Source: Minisyncoccota bacterium (GTDB lineage: Bacteria; Patescibacteriota; Minisyncoccia; Phycocordibacterales; UBA5272). Taken from it: a stretch of 64,000 nt of DNA. The notes below the pieces were generated by a model, which saw nothing but the letters and a program-made list of their open reading frames with translations, made no database searches and was not told where the DNA came from. The stretch spans positions 2,018-66,017 of the forward strand of contig JBAZJW010000004.1 in NCBI GenBank assembly GCA_041651055.1. The letters are read 5' to 3'. Positions 8,792 through 17,891 of this stretch are shown here, in pieces; positions within the stretch are counted from its first letter, which is position 1; the number at the start of each line of letters is the position of its first letter. The position numbers were made by a program, and so were the translations under genes.

Positions 8792-9042
8792 TCACTAAAA
8801 AACGTCACAACACTGAGTATTCAGTTGCTAAGGAATGGGCACGTAAGCGTAACTTCACGAAGTTTCTGTTGGCAGGTATGAAAGCTAGGTTACGTATCAC
8901 AGAGGTTCAAGAGGTTCTTACACCTATCGAACAGCAACGTGTATTGGAACTAACCCAAGAACTCAACGCCATTGTTAGAGCATGGTCAGGTAACAACCCA
9001 TTGTCGAGAACGTTGTTTGAGAGTAACAAGAGAGGAAAGTAG
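8788..9042 (+). CDS. Hypothetical protein
   Basis: Translationally coupled ORF. Confidence 0.6.
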   Translation: MITKKRHNTEYSVAKEWARKRNFTKFLLAGMKARLRITEVQEVLTPIEQQRVLELTQELNAIVRAWSGNNPLSRTLFESNKRGK

Positions 9043-9043
9043 T

Positions 9044-9244
9044 ATGAACGTAAACCGCGTCGTAGAAGTGAGGATGTTTGATTCGTTAGGACAGCCAACC
9101 TTTAACTACGACATAGACGTCAGCACGAGTCTCATGTCTAAAAAATGGCCCAAGTTCGTGTATACTGTGTTGAGAGAATCTCTAACTGTGTGTATGCAAG
9201 GCGGGTGTGTTATTATGAGAGGTGTGTTAACGCCCAGACTATGA
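9044..9244 (+). CDS. Hypothetical protein
   Basis: ATG 9044 after AGAGAGG SD. Confidence 0.55.
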   Translation: MNVNRVVEVRMFDSLGQPTFNYDIDVSTSLMSKKWPKFVYTVLRESLTVCMQGGCVIMRGVLTPRL

Positions 9245-9263
9245 AAAGAGAGGAAACTAAATT

Positions 9264-9416
9264 ATGCAACCCCCAGTGGATCGTTTCATGGAGGTTAATA
9301 TGCACAACTACCGCAGACTCTCATTTGATGATGAGTTTCTGCCTGAGTTGGCACTAGAAACCGAACCTGATGAGTGTTTTATGTTCTTCGCAGAGAAGGA
9401 GGACGAACAAGAATGA
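9264..9416 (+). CDS. Hypothetical 50-aa acidic protein
   Basis: Hand-called; SD AGAGAGG; ATGA overlap with 9413. Confidence 0.5.
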   Translation: MQPPVDRFMEVNMHNYRRLSFDDEFLPELALETEPDECFMFFAEKEDEQE

Positions 9417-9751
9417 AACCCGACTTAAATGACCCCATGAGTGTTGCTATTGCTAGTGCAACGTTAGTATTGCATAATGCGTTTAGTCGTAGCATGAACA
9501 CAACCTTCGAACAAGAATTCGTTTATGTCCCAATGCAATTTCCAGTTGGGTTTGCAGAAACACTTTCGTCGTTAATGGAAACAGACCAAGAAATAGGTCC
9601 GATAGTTGTTACGAGTATTTTAGTGGCTGGCTTAGAAAGTATTATTAATGACTTCAACCTGAGAAACAAAGACTCCAGAGTCGCATTACGAGAAGCTATA
9701 ACAAAACATGCAAACGAAGCACGTAAGGCACAAAATGCTGACTTACACTAA
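9413..9751 (+). CDS. Hypothetical protein
   Basis: SD AGGAGG before ATG 9413. Confidence 0.6.
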   Translation: MKPDLNDPMSVAIASATLVLHNAFSRSMNTTFEQEFVYVPMQFPVGFAETLSSLMETDQEIGPIVVTSILVAGLESIINDFNLRNKDSRVALREAITKHANEARKAQNADLH

Positions 9752-9756
9752 CAAAC

Positions 9757-9910
9757 GTCCCTGTGGCCACGGGACATGTGTGGGTGGCCATGACGCACGA
9801 GGGTTAGGTCAGTGCTAAGTCGCCCGCACTACCGGGCGGCAGTCTCCTCCACCCATAGCAAGCGTGACCAACGTGAGCAATGATTGGGTTAAGGACTCCG
9901 CCCGGTTTTT
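9757..9910 (+). ncRNA. Candidate structured cis-regulatory RNA
   Basis: GC-rich intergenic stretch with nested and mutually exclusive stems ending in a T-run. Confidence 0.35.
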
Positions 9911-9938
9911 ATTAATTTTGACATAAAAGGAGACCAAC

Positions 9939-10394
9939 ATGGAAGACGAAAACAAAAGTGAGTTCGGTAAAGGATGTGCGTATTGTTTGGTGCTATTCGC
10001 AAACCACTTCGACAATGACATGTGGCATAAGGTTGTAGAGTACAACTGGGCAATTCAAGGTAAGGAAGTATCAAAGGACGCTCAGTGGTGGTTGGATAAC
10101 ATAGTCCCAATTTATAAAGGCGACAAAGCTAAGGCACTCTCGTCTCAGATTGTGTCTTGGGCCAATGGTGCGTCGGATCATTTGTATGATTTGCAGATTC
10201 CACAGGATGGGTCTGAGTTGTCAGATGTGTTGACAGAGATACGTGAAACGGGACTGAAAATGGGCCACGGGTTTCTTGAGCCAGTTACTTGGACACCTGA
10301 TGATATGTTTAAGTTGAGAGAACTAACCTTTAAGGCTGCTACGTTGATTGACCAGAAATTAGGTGTAGAGGTAGAGAAAGGTCAGTGGGAATAA
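9939..10394 (+). CDS. Hypothetical phage protein
   Basis: SD AAGGAG; 151 aa. Confidence 0.7.
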   Translation: MEDENKSEFGKGCAYCLVLFANHFDNDMWHKVVEYNWAIQGKEVSKDAQWWLDNIVPIYKGDKAKALSSQIVSWANGASDHLYDLQIPQDGSELSDVLTEIRETGLKMGHGFLEPVTWTPDDMFKLRELTFKAATLIDQKLGVEVEKGQWE

Positions 10395-10430
10395 CCTTTA
10401 AACTTAATTCATTCAGAAAGTGAATTCATT

Positions 10431-10889
10431 ATGTCTACGAAATTAATTGACTCCTATTCCAAGCTACTCCCCTACGACGGTACGCTCTATTCGCCAGTTA
10501 AGCGTACGCCGTACGTAGGGGAGTTAGCTATTACGTTAAGTGACCCTAGAGGTTATTGTTGTGTTGTGAGTGCCATCAATAACGACATAGCTACGGTGTA
10601 TTGGTTAGATGACCTTCCCAACGCTACGAGAACTTATCCAGTGAAGTCACTCATCCCAACGGGTAAGACACCACTAGACTTACTCAAGTTATACGAGCCT
10701 ACACCACAGTCACTTAATGACGCACTCACTAAAGAGCGTAGTCAGGTTGACTACCTAGCGTTCAAAAAGAAAGGAGGTGGGTCAGCCACTAACAAGAAGC
10801 CTAAGTTTGACGTCAAAAACATGTCTAAGGAACAAAAAGATCAGTTAAAAGGGTTTATTATGCAGTTATTAAAGGGAGGAGACAAATGA
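10431..10889 (+). CDS. Hypothetical protein
   Basis: ORF track; coupled to next gene. Confidence 0.6.
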   Translation: MSTKLIDSYSKLLPYDGTLYSPVKRTPYVGELAITLSDPRGYCCVVSAINNDIATVYWLDDLPNATRTYPVKSLIPTGKTPLDLLKLYEPTPQSLNDALTKERSQVDYLAFKKKGGGSATNKKPKFDVKNMSKEQKDQLKGFIMQLLKGGDK

Positions 10890-11071
10890 ACGACAACGGT
10901 GAACGTTTTCTGTCTGAGTTGAAAGACCTCTGTAAGAAACATTTTGTGCATTTGATTGAGGAGTGGGTAGACGACAGCGATGGTAACACAATGTTCACGG
11001 GTATACACTTCCAAGGCCCCGATTTCTGGATTCCAGTAACGGATATGCTGTTGGAAAGTGAGGAGGACTAA
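10886..11071 (+). CDS. Hypothetical acidic protein
   Basis: SD GGAGG, ATGA overlap. Confidence 0.6.
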   Translation: MNDNGERFLSELKDLCKKHFVHLIEEWVDDSDGNTMFTGIHFQGPDFWIPVTDMLLESEED

Positions 11072-11073
11072 CC

Positions 11074-11253
11074 ATGAAACGCGTCATAAGAATTCTGTAC
11101 TTTGAAGGCCCAGACGAGTGGATAGACCTAACACTAAAAAAATCTTGGCTCCAGCCAGACGTGGAAGTTTCTATTGCTCAGGGACACATAGCTAAGGAAC
11201 TGAGCAGAACCATTATTGTTGACGATCACTTCCTTGATAACAAGGAGGACTAA
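11074..11253 (+). CDS. Hypothetical 59-aa protein
   Basis: Hand-called; SD GAGGAGG; MKRVIRILYFEGPDEW... Confidence 0.55.
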   Translation: MKRVIRILYFEGPDEWIDLTLKKSWLQPDVEVSIAQGHIAKELSRTIIVDDHFLDNKED

Positions 11254-11254
11254 C

Positions 11255-11431
11255 ATGTCAGTAGGAATGAAAACATTGCTACAAATAGCCACTCAATTAA
11301 AATCCGAAAACAATAAGAACCCTGAATACGATAGGGCTTTAGTTGAATTTCTAACAGAAGCACTCGGCCTTACTATGGACCACAAGAATGACGTTGCAGA
11401 GTTATTGGACATTAAACTGGAGGTGCATTAA
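11255..11431 (+). CDS. Hypothetical protein
   Basis: SD AAGGAGG before ATG 11255. Confidence 0.55.
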   Translation: MSVGMKTLLQIATQLKSENNKNPEYDRALVEFLTEALGLTMDHKNDVAELLDIKLEVH

Positions 11432-11433
11432 AA

Positions 11434-12327
11434 ATGCTCGTAACCGACCCTTCGACGATACAAGAGCTACGTGCAAATGGTATAGACGTCTATGACTTCT
11501 CATCAATTAGTCGTGCTATCTCATGTCCCCGTGCATACTACTATCGACACGAACTGGGCTTGACCATAGCTGTCACACCTGAGCCTAGTTACTCACTAGA
11601 GTTTGGCCGATGCGTCCACAAAGCATTGCAACACTGGTATGTGAATCGCAAGGACGACGATGCCATTTTAATGTTTGCAAACGAATTCAAACCCTTTGAA
11701 GAAAAGCCTACGTTAAGTGCCAAAACCGGCAAGGAACTAGACGCCACGTATACGGTTAGGTTTGGCTGTTCGTTGTTGGATGCATACTTCACTAAATATG
11801 CTAACGAGAATTATACGTTAATCCAGAACGAGGTTCCAGTAGCAGAGGAACTAAGCGACAATGTATTCATAGCAGGTAGGATTGACAAAGTAATTGATCG
11901 TAATGGTAAGATTGTGTTTATCGACCACAAGACAAGTAAATACATGGACAAATACACCGTCAATCCTAATCCCCAGTTTGCAGGGTATAAGTTTCTATGC
12001 GAGAAGTTAACTGGCAAACACGTAAGCGGTGAGTTGGACATGTTAGGTGTAGCGAAGTCTAAGGACTTAACTACGTTGCTCAGACGTGAGCCGTTTGACT
12101 ACACTCCTTGGCAAATGGAACAATGGAAGCGTAGTATAACCGAACACATCAACATGATTCGTAGGTGGCGTGAGAGTAAGTTCTTTCCGCAGTATTGGAA
12201 CTGCAAACCGTTTTTTAGGGATTGTCAATTCTTGCCGTTGTGTACGTTGGCACGTCACGAAGAAGAAGATAGTTTGATTGCTAACCTCTATCGGGTGGAG
12301 TTTTGGGACCCCTTTACAGTAGACTAA
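11434..12327 (+). CDS. PD-(D/E)XK (Cas4/RecB-like) exonuclease
   Basis: SCPRAYYY, FGRCVHKAL, GRIDKV, FIDHKTS, C-terminal C..C..C Fe-S-type ligands. Confidence 0.85.
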   Translation: MLVTDPSTIQELRANGIDVYDFSSISRAISCPRAYYYRHELGLTIAVTPEPSYSLEFGRCVHKALQHWYVNRKDDDAILMFANEFKPFEEKPTLSAKTGKELDATYTVRFGCSLLDAYFTKYANENYTLIQNEVPVAEELSDNVFIAGRIDKVIDRNGKIVFIDHKTSKYMDKYTVNPNPQFAGYKFLCEKLTGKHVSGELDMLGVAKSKDLTTLLRREPFDYTPWQMEQWKRSITEHINMIRRWRESKFFPQYWNCKPFFRDCQFLPLCTLARHEEEDSLIANLYRVEFWDPFTVD

Positions 12328-12336
12328 GGAGACACT

Positions 12337-12522
12337 ATGAAAACCCTCAAAGACATTAACCTATGTACTCACCCCGACCCGGGTGGGTGTTTTTATCACA
12401 TTTACCTATTATACAAAGCCCAAGGTGCAACTATGCAACTCCCAGGTGGTTATCCTGCACCAGCGTGTGACCATTGTAAGTGGTTGAAGCGTGATGAGGA
12501 CTTTCATGCACCTATGGACTAA
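12337..12522 (+). CDS. Small Cys-containing protein
   Basis: SD AAGGAG; C..C and CDHC. Confidence 0.5.
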   Translation: MKTLKDINLCTHPDPGGCFYHIYLLYKAQGATMQLPGGYPAPACDHCKWLKRDEDFHAPMD

Positions 12523-12627
12523 CCCAAAAAGGAGGTGATTAAACATGGCAACGATTCTAGCTATTAACCTGGCTATTGTGATCGTTTGGATAATCCTTAA
12601 ACATGCGAACTGAAAGGAGTACGTACT

Positions 12628-12924
12628 ATGCTTAGGTTCCCATATCCAATTAAGTTCGTAGCATCGAACAAACACGAGTTCGATGTGCGTGTAACGAAAC
12701 CCAACAAACGATCATGGTGGTTGCAAATCCTTGACGATGGGGTAGTAATTAAAACAATAAAAGTCTCTAAAACCTCAGTCAAGTTGCGCTACCCCACTAA
12801 AAATGGAGGAACAGCAGATGGTCCAACCATACTCAGGTCGCTCGTCAAGGAGGACAGGTTATCAAGGGTACGGGAGTCCACGATCAACAGGCAAACGAAT
12901 AGCAAGTCTACGTCTAGCAGATAA
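12628..12924 (+). CDS. Hypothetical basic protein (overlaps next gene)
   Basis: SD AAAGGAG; 3' end overlaps 12803 ORF. Confidence 0.45.
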   Translation: MLRFPYPIKFVASNKHEFDVRVTKPNKRSWWLQILDDGVVIKTIKVSKTSVKLRYPTKNGGTADGPTILRSLVKEDRLSRVRESTINRQTNSKSTSSR

Positions 12925-13306
12925 TGATGTGTTTATTATTGTTGAGGCACCATATGATGCGGGGTTTACGGAGACCCTTAAGACTAGCATCCCACAAAAG
13001 AAACGCATTTGGGACGCAAACGATAAGGCGTGGTTCGTTGTAAAAGATCAACTTGATAAACTCACACATATACTTGACCAGTATTATGATGAGGTTATCT
13101 TGTTGGGATTTCCACAGCAGTCAATGGCCACGGACGCATGGGGGAAGTTGTATCTAACACAAGGCGCACCTATTGAGGTGATACAGGCGGTGTATAGGGT
13201 ACTTGCTAAGAAGTATCATCCTGATTTAGGTGGTGATGTAGAGAAGATGAAACAGGTTAATGCAGCATACAAAGAATTAATGGGGGAATTTACTAACGGT
13301 GACTAG
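12803..13306 (+). CDS. J-domain (DnaJ-type) protein with HARP-like N-terminal domain
   Basis: AVYRVLAKKYHPDLGGDVEKMKQVNAAYKEL (HPD motif); N-terminal PY...IPQKKRIWDANDKAWFV. Confidence 0.8.
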   Translation: MEEQQMVQPYSGRSSRRTGYQGYGSPRSTGKRIASLRLADNDVFIIVEAPYDAGFTETLKTSIPQKKRIWDANDKAWFVVKDQLDKLTHILDQYYDEVILLGFPQQSMATDAWGKLYLTQGAPIEVIQAVYRVLAKKYHPDLGGDVEKMKQVNAAYKELMGEFTNGD

Positions 13307-13315
13307 GAGGTCAAA

Positions 13316-13588
13316 ATGAAAAAACTCATCTTAACAGCAATCATGTTCGGGTTACTTACGTCTGGTGCATACGCACAGGACACCAAACCTCAACCTAAGC
13401 CTAAGTCAACTGAAGAACTCACTTGGCAAGCACAGGCACTGCAAAACGAATACCTTTATTTACAGGAACGTCTCAAAAACATCCAGTTTGAGTTCAACAA
13501 AATCAAAGCCGAACTGGACGCTCGTAAGGTACCAATGGTTGATACGTCTAAACCTGACTCCAAAGAGGACAAGAAAGGAAAAAAATAA
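13316..13588 (+). CDS. Secreted coiled-coil protein
   Basis: Signal peptide MKKLILTAIMFGLLTSGAYA-Q. Confidence 0.7.
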   Translation: MKKLILTAIMFGLLTSGAYAQDTKPQPKPKSTEELTWQAQALQNEYLYLQERLKNIQFEFNKIKAELDARKVPMVDTSKPDSKEDKKGKK

Positions 13589-14188
13589 ATGGACCTAACC
13601 ACTAATAAAAATGCACAGGTAGCAACTCAGCGTATCAAGGGTAAAAAGCTGACGTTGCAGGATTTGAAGCGTGCAAATAGTGTTACCACTCAAATTAAGA
13701 ACGTATACATACTATGCGATATTAGCGGTTCGATGAGTGGGAACAAACTGACCTCACTTAGAGACGCCTTGAAGAAGGTCTACCGTCCTGGTATTAAGGT
13801 GTTTGCGTTTAGCGATCAAGTGTACGAGCTACAAGAATCTGACTTTGCCTTGTTACAGGTGATGGGCGGTACGGGCATGATGAACGTGTTACGTGAAACC
13901 TGGCGTTGCGATCCGCGTCATATAATTCTTATCACTGATGGTGAGCCAACTGATACCAGTGAAGACGAAATCCTACTCGCAGCTGAGGCCCACAAAACCA
14001 TACCTATTGATACGATTGGTGTGAGCGAATATGGTCGACGTGGCTTCAATGCCGGGTTTCTAGAGGCGTTGTCACGCATCACTGGTGGCAAATTTAACGA
14101 CTGCAGCAAACCGTTTGAATTAACCTTTATAGTTGAAACCCTACTAATAGGTATGGGTTCCGAGAAGAGAGGAGCAATTCAACTATGA
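13589..14188 (+). CDS. von Willebrand factor A (vWA) domain protein
   Basis: MIDAS DISGSMSG, GGT, LITDGEP. Confidence 0.85.
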   Translation: MDLTTNKNAQVATQRIKGKKLTLQDLKRANSVTTQIKNVYILCDISGSMSGNKLTSLRDALKKVYRPGIKVFAFSDQVYELQESDFALLQVMGGTGMMNVLRETWRCDPRHIILITDGEPTDTSEDEILLAAEAHKTIPIDTIGVSEYGRRGFNAGFLEALSRITGGKFNDCSKPFELTFIVETLLIGMGSEKRGAIQL

Positions 14189-14439
14189 GAACCTATAATG
14201 TTATATATTTTCTAGACGACAAAGAGAACCTAACCTGTCACATGGATTTGGGAACTTATTATGACAGTATAATCATTAACAACGAGACTGATTACATACA
14301 CGCCAACCCACAAACGATATTTTATGTCCCAATTCATGACGAGCAGACGTTTGTTAACTTCAAAAATTCAGTTATTTGGGCATTTAACCACTACATGAAG
14401 AATAAACATGCATCAACTCACACTAGTCCTAAGGAGTAA
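14185..14439 (+). CDS. Hypothetical protein
   Basis: ATGA overlap, SD AGAGGAG. Confidence 0.55.
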   Translation: MRTYNVIYFLDDKENLTCHMDLGTYYDSIIINNETDYIHANPQTIFYVPIHDEQTFVNFKNSVIWAFNHYMKNKHASTHTSPKE

Positions 14440-14443
14440 GCCA

Positions 14444-15247
14444 ATGCAACTCAACATTCCAGACCCAACGTCAGTGAATGATTACATTCCTGATAGTTAT
14501 AATGCACTAATCTACGGCCCGTCTGGGACAGGTAAGACTGAATTCTGGGCAACCTGGGCTGAGGCAGGTGAGGTGTTGGGACTAGACTCTGATCAGGGTA
14601 TCGTAACAATCAAGTCTACACCTAGAATCTCACCTGAGCTTAAAGCACGTATCAAACACATACCCATTATTGACAAATCCACCGACCCTCACATCAAAGA
14701 ACCCATTGGTTGGGCTATAGTAAAGGCAGTCGTTGAGTCTGTCGCTGCTACGGGTAAGTTTGGTAACTGCCAACCCAAAACTCTCGTCATAGACTCCATG
14801 ACCACAGTCTCAGCTATGACAATGACATGGGTGTTAACTCAAAACCGCAAGTCCCCTGAGACTCAACCATCCTTGCCAGACTGGGGCAAACAAATTGAGG
14901 AACTCAAACGTATTATTAACCTTGGACGTAGCATTAAGGGTGTCAACTTTATATGCGTCGCACATGAGCAATACGAGAAAGACGAGTTATCTGGACGTGT
15001 GTGGTGCTTGCCACTTGTCACTGGTAAGTTTGCCCAACAAATAGGTGGATACTTCGACGAGGTTTATCATGCTAAAGTCGAGCAAACTGGTGACAAGCAT
15101 GTGTATAAACTGGACACAAAAGCGACGGGACTTATTACTGCTAAGTCGCGGTTAGACTTACCCACACCAATCGCAACTCATTACAACAGTCTCAAAGGCA
15201 CGTTGGAAAAGTTGCAAGTGAAAGGAGGTGTCACAACAACAAAATGA
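14444..15247 (+). CDS. Sak4-like AAA ATPase (single-strand annealing recombinase)
   Basis: YGPSGTGKT Walker A, LVIDSMT Walker B, CVAHE, AKSR; next to exonuclease and SSB-like genes. Confidence 0.8.
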   Translation: MQLNIPDPTSVNDYIPDSYNALIYGPSGTGKTEFWATWAEAGEVLGLDSDQGIVTIKSTPRISPELKARIKHIPIIDKSTDPHIKEPIGWAIVKAVVESVAATGKFGNCQPKTLVIDSMTTVSAMTMTWVLTQNRKSPETQPSLPDWGKQIEELKRIINLGRSIKGVNFICVAHEQYEKDELSGRVWCLPLVTGKFAQQIGGYFDEVYHAKVEQTGDKHVYKLDTKATGLITAKSRLDLPTPIATHYNSLKGTLEKLQVKGGVTTTK

Positions 15248-15292
15248 CAATTACCCTTATTATTAACCGTTAACCAAATGGAGGAGCTTAGT

Positions 15293-15733
15293 ATGCCAAC
15301 GATTAACCTTGGAGTAGATTACGAAGACGTGAAATCTCTTGACGAATGGATCGTCGTGCCCGGTGGGACATATTCATTTGTCGTTCGCGGCATCGACGAG
15401 AAAAAATCCAAAACCGGACGGCCGATGTTGAACTGGCGAATTGAAGTCACCGACCCCGTGTCACAGCGCCCTGTGAGTGTGTTCTACAACACTGTCCTGC
15501 CGTGGATGGACAACGGCGAACTCAGCGTTAAGGGTTGCGGGATGCTTGTGTCTATCGCAAAGGCAGTAGGCTTGCCCTGGACTGGCAAAGACCTCAACAC
15601 TGAGGACTACATCGGACGTGCCGGTAGCGTCGTGCTCAAAGTTAGTAAAGCTCAGAAAGACGACGGGACTGGTAAATACGTCGACGATCCTGATGGTAAG
15701 GTCCGTAACGAAGTTGAGAAGTTTGTCTACTAA
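15293..15733 (+). CDS. DUF669-like single-stranded DNA-binding protein
   Basis: VPGGTY...KKSKTGRPML...RNEVEKF pattern directly after Sak4-like gene. Confidence 0.7.
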   Translation: MPTINLGVDYEDVKSLDEWIVVPGGTYSFVVRGIDEKKSKTGRPMLNWRIEVTDPVSQRPVSVFYNTVLPWMDNGELSVKGCGMLVSIAKAVGLPWTGKDLNTEDYIGRAGSVVLKVSKAQKDDGTGKYVDDPDGKVRNEVEKFVY

Positions 15734-15803
15734 CCATTCCCACATCTATTAACCTTTTTCCAAGCATGACATTAGTTGTGCTAACTCTCTAGGAGGTTCT
15801 AAT

Positions 15804-16076
15804 ATGAAGACCGAACAAGTAGAAATCAAGTCCAAAGGCGAATCGTTGGGAACGTTTGACTACGCATACCCTGAGACGTTGGACGAGGGTATCAGTGTTG
15901 ACACAGCGGACTCAGTGTTTAAGCTGTACGCCATGCAGCGCAAGATTCGTTTCATGGACGCCAAACGCAGAGAGCTGACTGGTGGTGGTCTCCCGAAGGC
16001 TCTCACTGAGAAACTTCGCTCCTTGGATAAGGGCAAGTTGGCTCAGATTGCCGAGTTGCTGGGGATCGAACTGTAG
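15804..16076 (+). CDS. Hypothetical protein resembling 4421..4912
   Basis: SD AGGAGG; YAYPETLDEGISVDTADSVFKLY. Confidence 0.7.
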   Translation: MKTEQVEIKSKGESLGTFDYAYPETLDEGISVDTADSVFKLYAMQRKIRFMDAKRRELTGGGLPKALTEKLRSLDKGKLAQIAELLGIEL

Positions 16077-16084
16077 GTTATTAG

Positions 16085-16350
16085 TCGTTAGCTCCCTAAC
16101 CGGGGTTGGAGGGTTCCGCACCTAATGGGATTTAACTTAGGTTAGATATACACACTGGAACGCTTGATGTTCATGCAACTACCGGTCTTACACTTGGGAA
16201 TTTACATGACGAGAGGAACCAGTCATGTGAGGTTGCAAGTGGGGGAGCTTATTACTAGCGTAGCGGTGGTAGGGTAGAAACAAAGGGTTGAATCTAGACG
16301 TCATTGCGCCTATAGGCAGAGTAAGACCCGTTCTGCCCGAAACCGCCACT
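16085..16350 (+). ncRNA. Candidate ~260-nt multi-domain structured RNA (strand assumed from operon)
   Basis: Intergenic region with several nested stems and an 8-bp long-range complement. Confidence 0.45.
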
Positions 16351-16366
16351 TAAAGGAGGGGGAAAG

Positions 16367-16606
16367 ATGGATGACAATAGACCATTCCCAATTCAAGGTG
16401 GAGTTTTTAGACAGCCTGACGGGGAAGTTCGGAGGCCCGTCGAGCGTTATTTACCGTGTACTATTCCGTGGTGGTTAGCGGAGGAAGCGTATAAATTGTA
16501 TGTCAAGGAAGGCGGAAGAGGCCAAACGCTGGAGAGATTAGCGGAACGTGGCGGTTTTGGCCGTGAAGAACTTATATACTTAATTCGTGGACGGTGGGGT
16601 GAGTGA
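16367..16606 (+). CDS. Small conserved-type phage protein
   Basis: IPWWLAEEAY...GQTLERLAERGGFG motif; SD AAGGAGG. Confidence 0.7.
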   Translation: MDDNRPFPIQGGVFRQPDGEVRRPVERYLPCTIPWWLAEEAYKLYVKEGGRGQTLERLAERGGFGREELIYLIRGRWGE

Positions 16607-16637
16607 CCACGCCCCAGGCGGGCGAAAGGGGGAAGGG

Positions 16638-17099
16638 ATGAACATAGAATTTGAAGTTTTGACAGATACGCTTTTACATATTGGAGAGGTTCAAGAGAAT
16701 TTGGAAATCTTTATCGGAGAACTACGGCAGCGTGGTCTTGCACATGACAGAACGAAGCTGCAAGAACTAGAATTTGACGCTTTCGTTTCAACCCGCCCGA
16801 AGTTCAAGAAAGCGAACTACGGAAGTCCTGAGTATCAAGAATGTGTGGATGCTATCAAGCCAGCGATTGACCATCATTACCAGCTTAACAGGCACCACAC
16901 GGCTTTTCATCAAGAAGGTATCAACGAAATGAACCTCATTGACATTCTCGAAATGGTGGCTGATTGGAGAGCCGCAGCGAGAAGAAGTCCAACTCAGACA
17001 TTTGAACAGTCCTTAGATTATGCGTTTAATAAGTACAAGATAGACGAACAGCTAAAGGGGATTATACTGCATACTCTCAAGGACTTGAATTGGGTGTAG
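16638..17099 (+). CDS. DUF5662-like HD-type protein
   Basis: HDRTKL, HHYQLNRHH, EMVADW. Confidence 0.7.
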   Translation: MNIEFEVLTDTLLHIGEVQENLEIFIGELRQRGLAHDRTKLQELEFDAFVSTRPKFKKANYGSPEYQECVDAIKPAIDHHYQLNRHHTAFHQEGINEMNLIDILEMVADWRAAARRSPTQTFEQSLDYAFNKYKIDEQLKGIILHTLKDLNWV

Positions 17100-17110
17100 G
17101 AGGTCCAGCC

Positions 17111-17461
17111 ATGAACGATGTGAACAGGGAAGTGGCAGAGAAGGTTATGGGGTGGGAAGTGTTGGACATAGACTTGCCGCCTGGTGAAAAACGAATGTGG
17201 GCCTCACACGAAGTCGATTCCATTGGCTATAAATATTTCAAGCCACAAATAGCCGTGAAGGACTTCGACCCCATGCACCGGATTGAGCACGCGTGGATGG
17301 TGGTGGAGAAGTTTGATGGTTGTCTGCATTTGAGGCAGCACAATAAAAATGGAAAATGGGAAGCGTTCTTTTGTGACGCTGGCCCAGGGCACGAAGCAGA
17401 GGGAGACACCGCACAAGAAGCGATATGCAAAGCCGCACTCGCGGCAAAGGAGGAAGCATGA
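17111..17461 (+). CDS. Phage ABA-sandwich domain protein
   Basis: VAEKVMGW...FDPMHRIEHAWMVVEK...AICKAALAA. Confidence 0.7.
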   Translation: MNDVNREVAEKVMGWEVLDIDLPPGEKRMWASHEVDSIGYKYFKPQIAVKDFDPMHRIEHAWMVVEKFDGCLHLRQHNKNGKWEAFFCDAGPGHEAEGDTAQEAICKAALAAKEEA

Positions 17462-17715
17462 AACTAGGAAAGTGTATTTATACAGGCGAACACGGAGACT
17501 ATGCTCACCATATTCTTTTGGATGAGTTTCCAAATGACGTGCTCAAAATTTCAACGGTGTTCTCAAGGAGCATTAATGGCTACAGTGAGAACTCAATCCT
17601 CTTGGAAAGAGGAACGGTCAGAAGGCTGGTCACTCTCCTACAAGAATGGCTGGGAGAACCTATAGGCATGACTGCCAAGGTAAAGCTGCCGAAGAAGCGG
17701 AAGGAGGGGAAGTGA
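17458..17715 (+). CDS. Hypothetical protein
   Basis: ATGA-coupled, SD GGAGG. Confidence 0.55.
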   Translation: MKLGKCIYTGEHGDYAHHILLDEFPNDVLKISTVFSRSINGYSENSILLERGTVRRLVTLLQEWLGEPIGMTAKVKLPKKRKEGK

Positions 17716-17891
17716 TGTTGGTCCAATGTCCTTACTGCTTCGGTAAGGCAGTTATCTGCTGCGGTCTGTGTGGTGGTCGCAAAGTGGTTCCAAAAGAGGC
17801 TGCAAACCAATACAGAAAACTTGCGAATCCTACTGTGGATGACAGGATTAGGATACGAGAGCAGTTCAAGGCAAAGGAGGGGGAGGGATGA
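17715..17891 (+). CDS. Small zinc-finger protein
   Basis: CPYCFG...CGLCGG (CxxCxG pairs). Confidence 0.55.
   Translation: MLVQCPYCFGKAVICCGLCGGRKVVPKEAANQYRKLANPTVDDRIRIREQFKAKEGEG

Noticed and set aside
11434-12327. Cas4-like nuclease as sign of a CRISPR-Cas system
   Set aside because: No array or other cas genes; context is a standard phage recombination module
16100-16180. Possible tRNA (GGTTCC T-loop-like word)
   Set aside because: No acceptor stem or cloverleaf could be built
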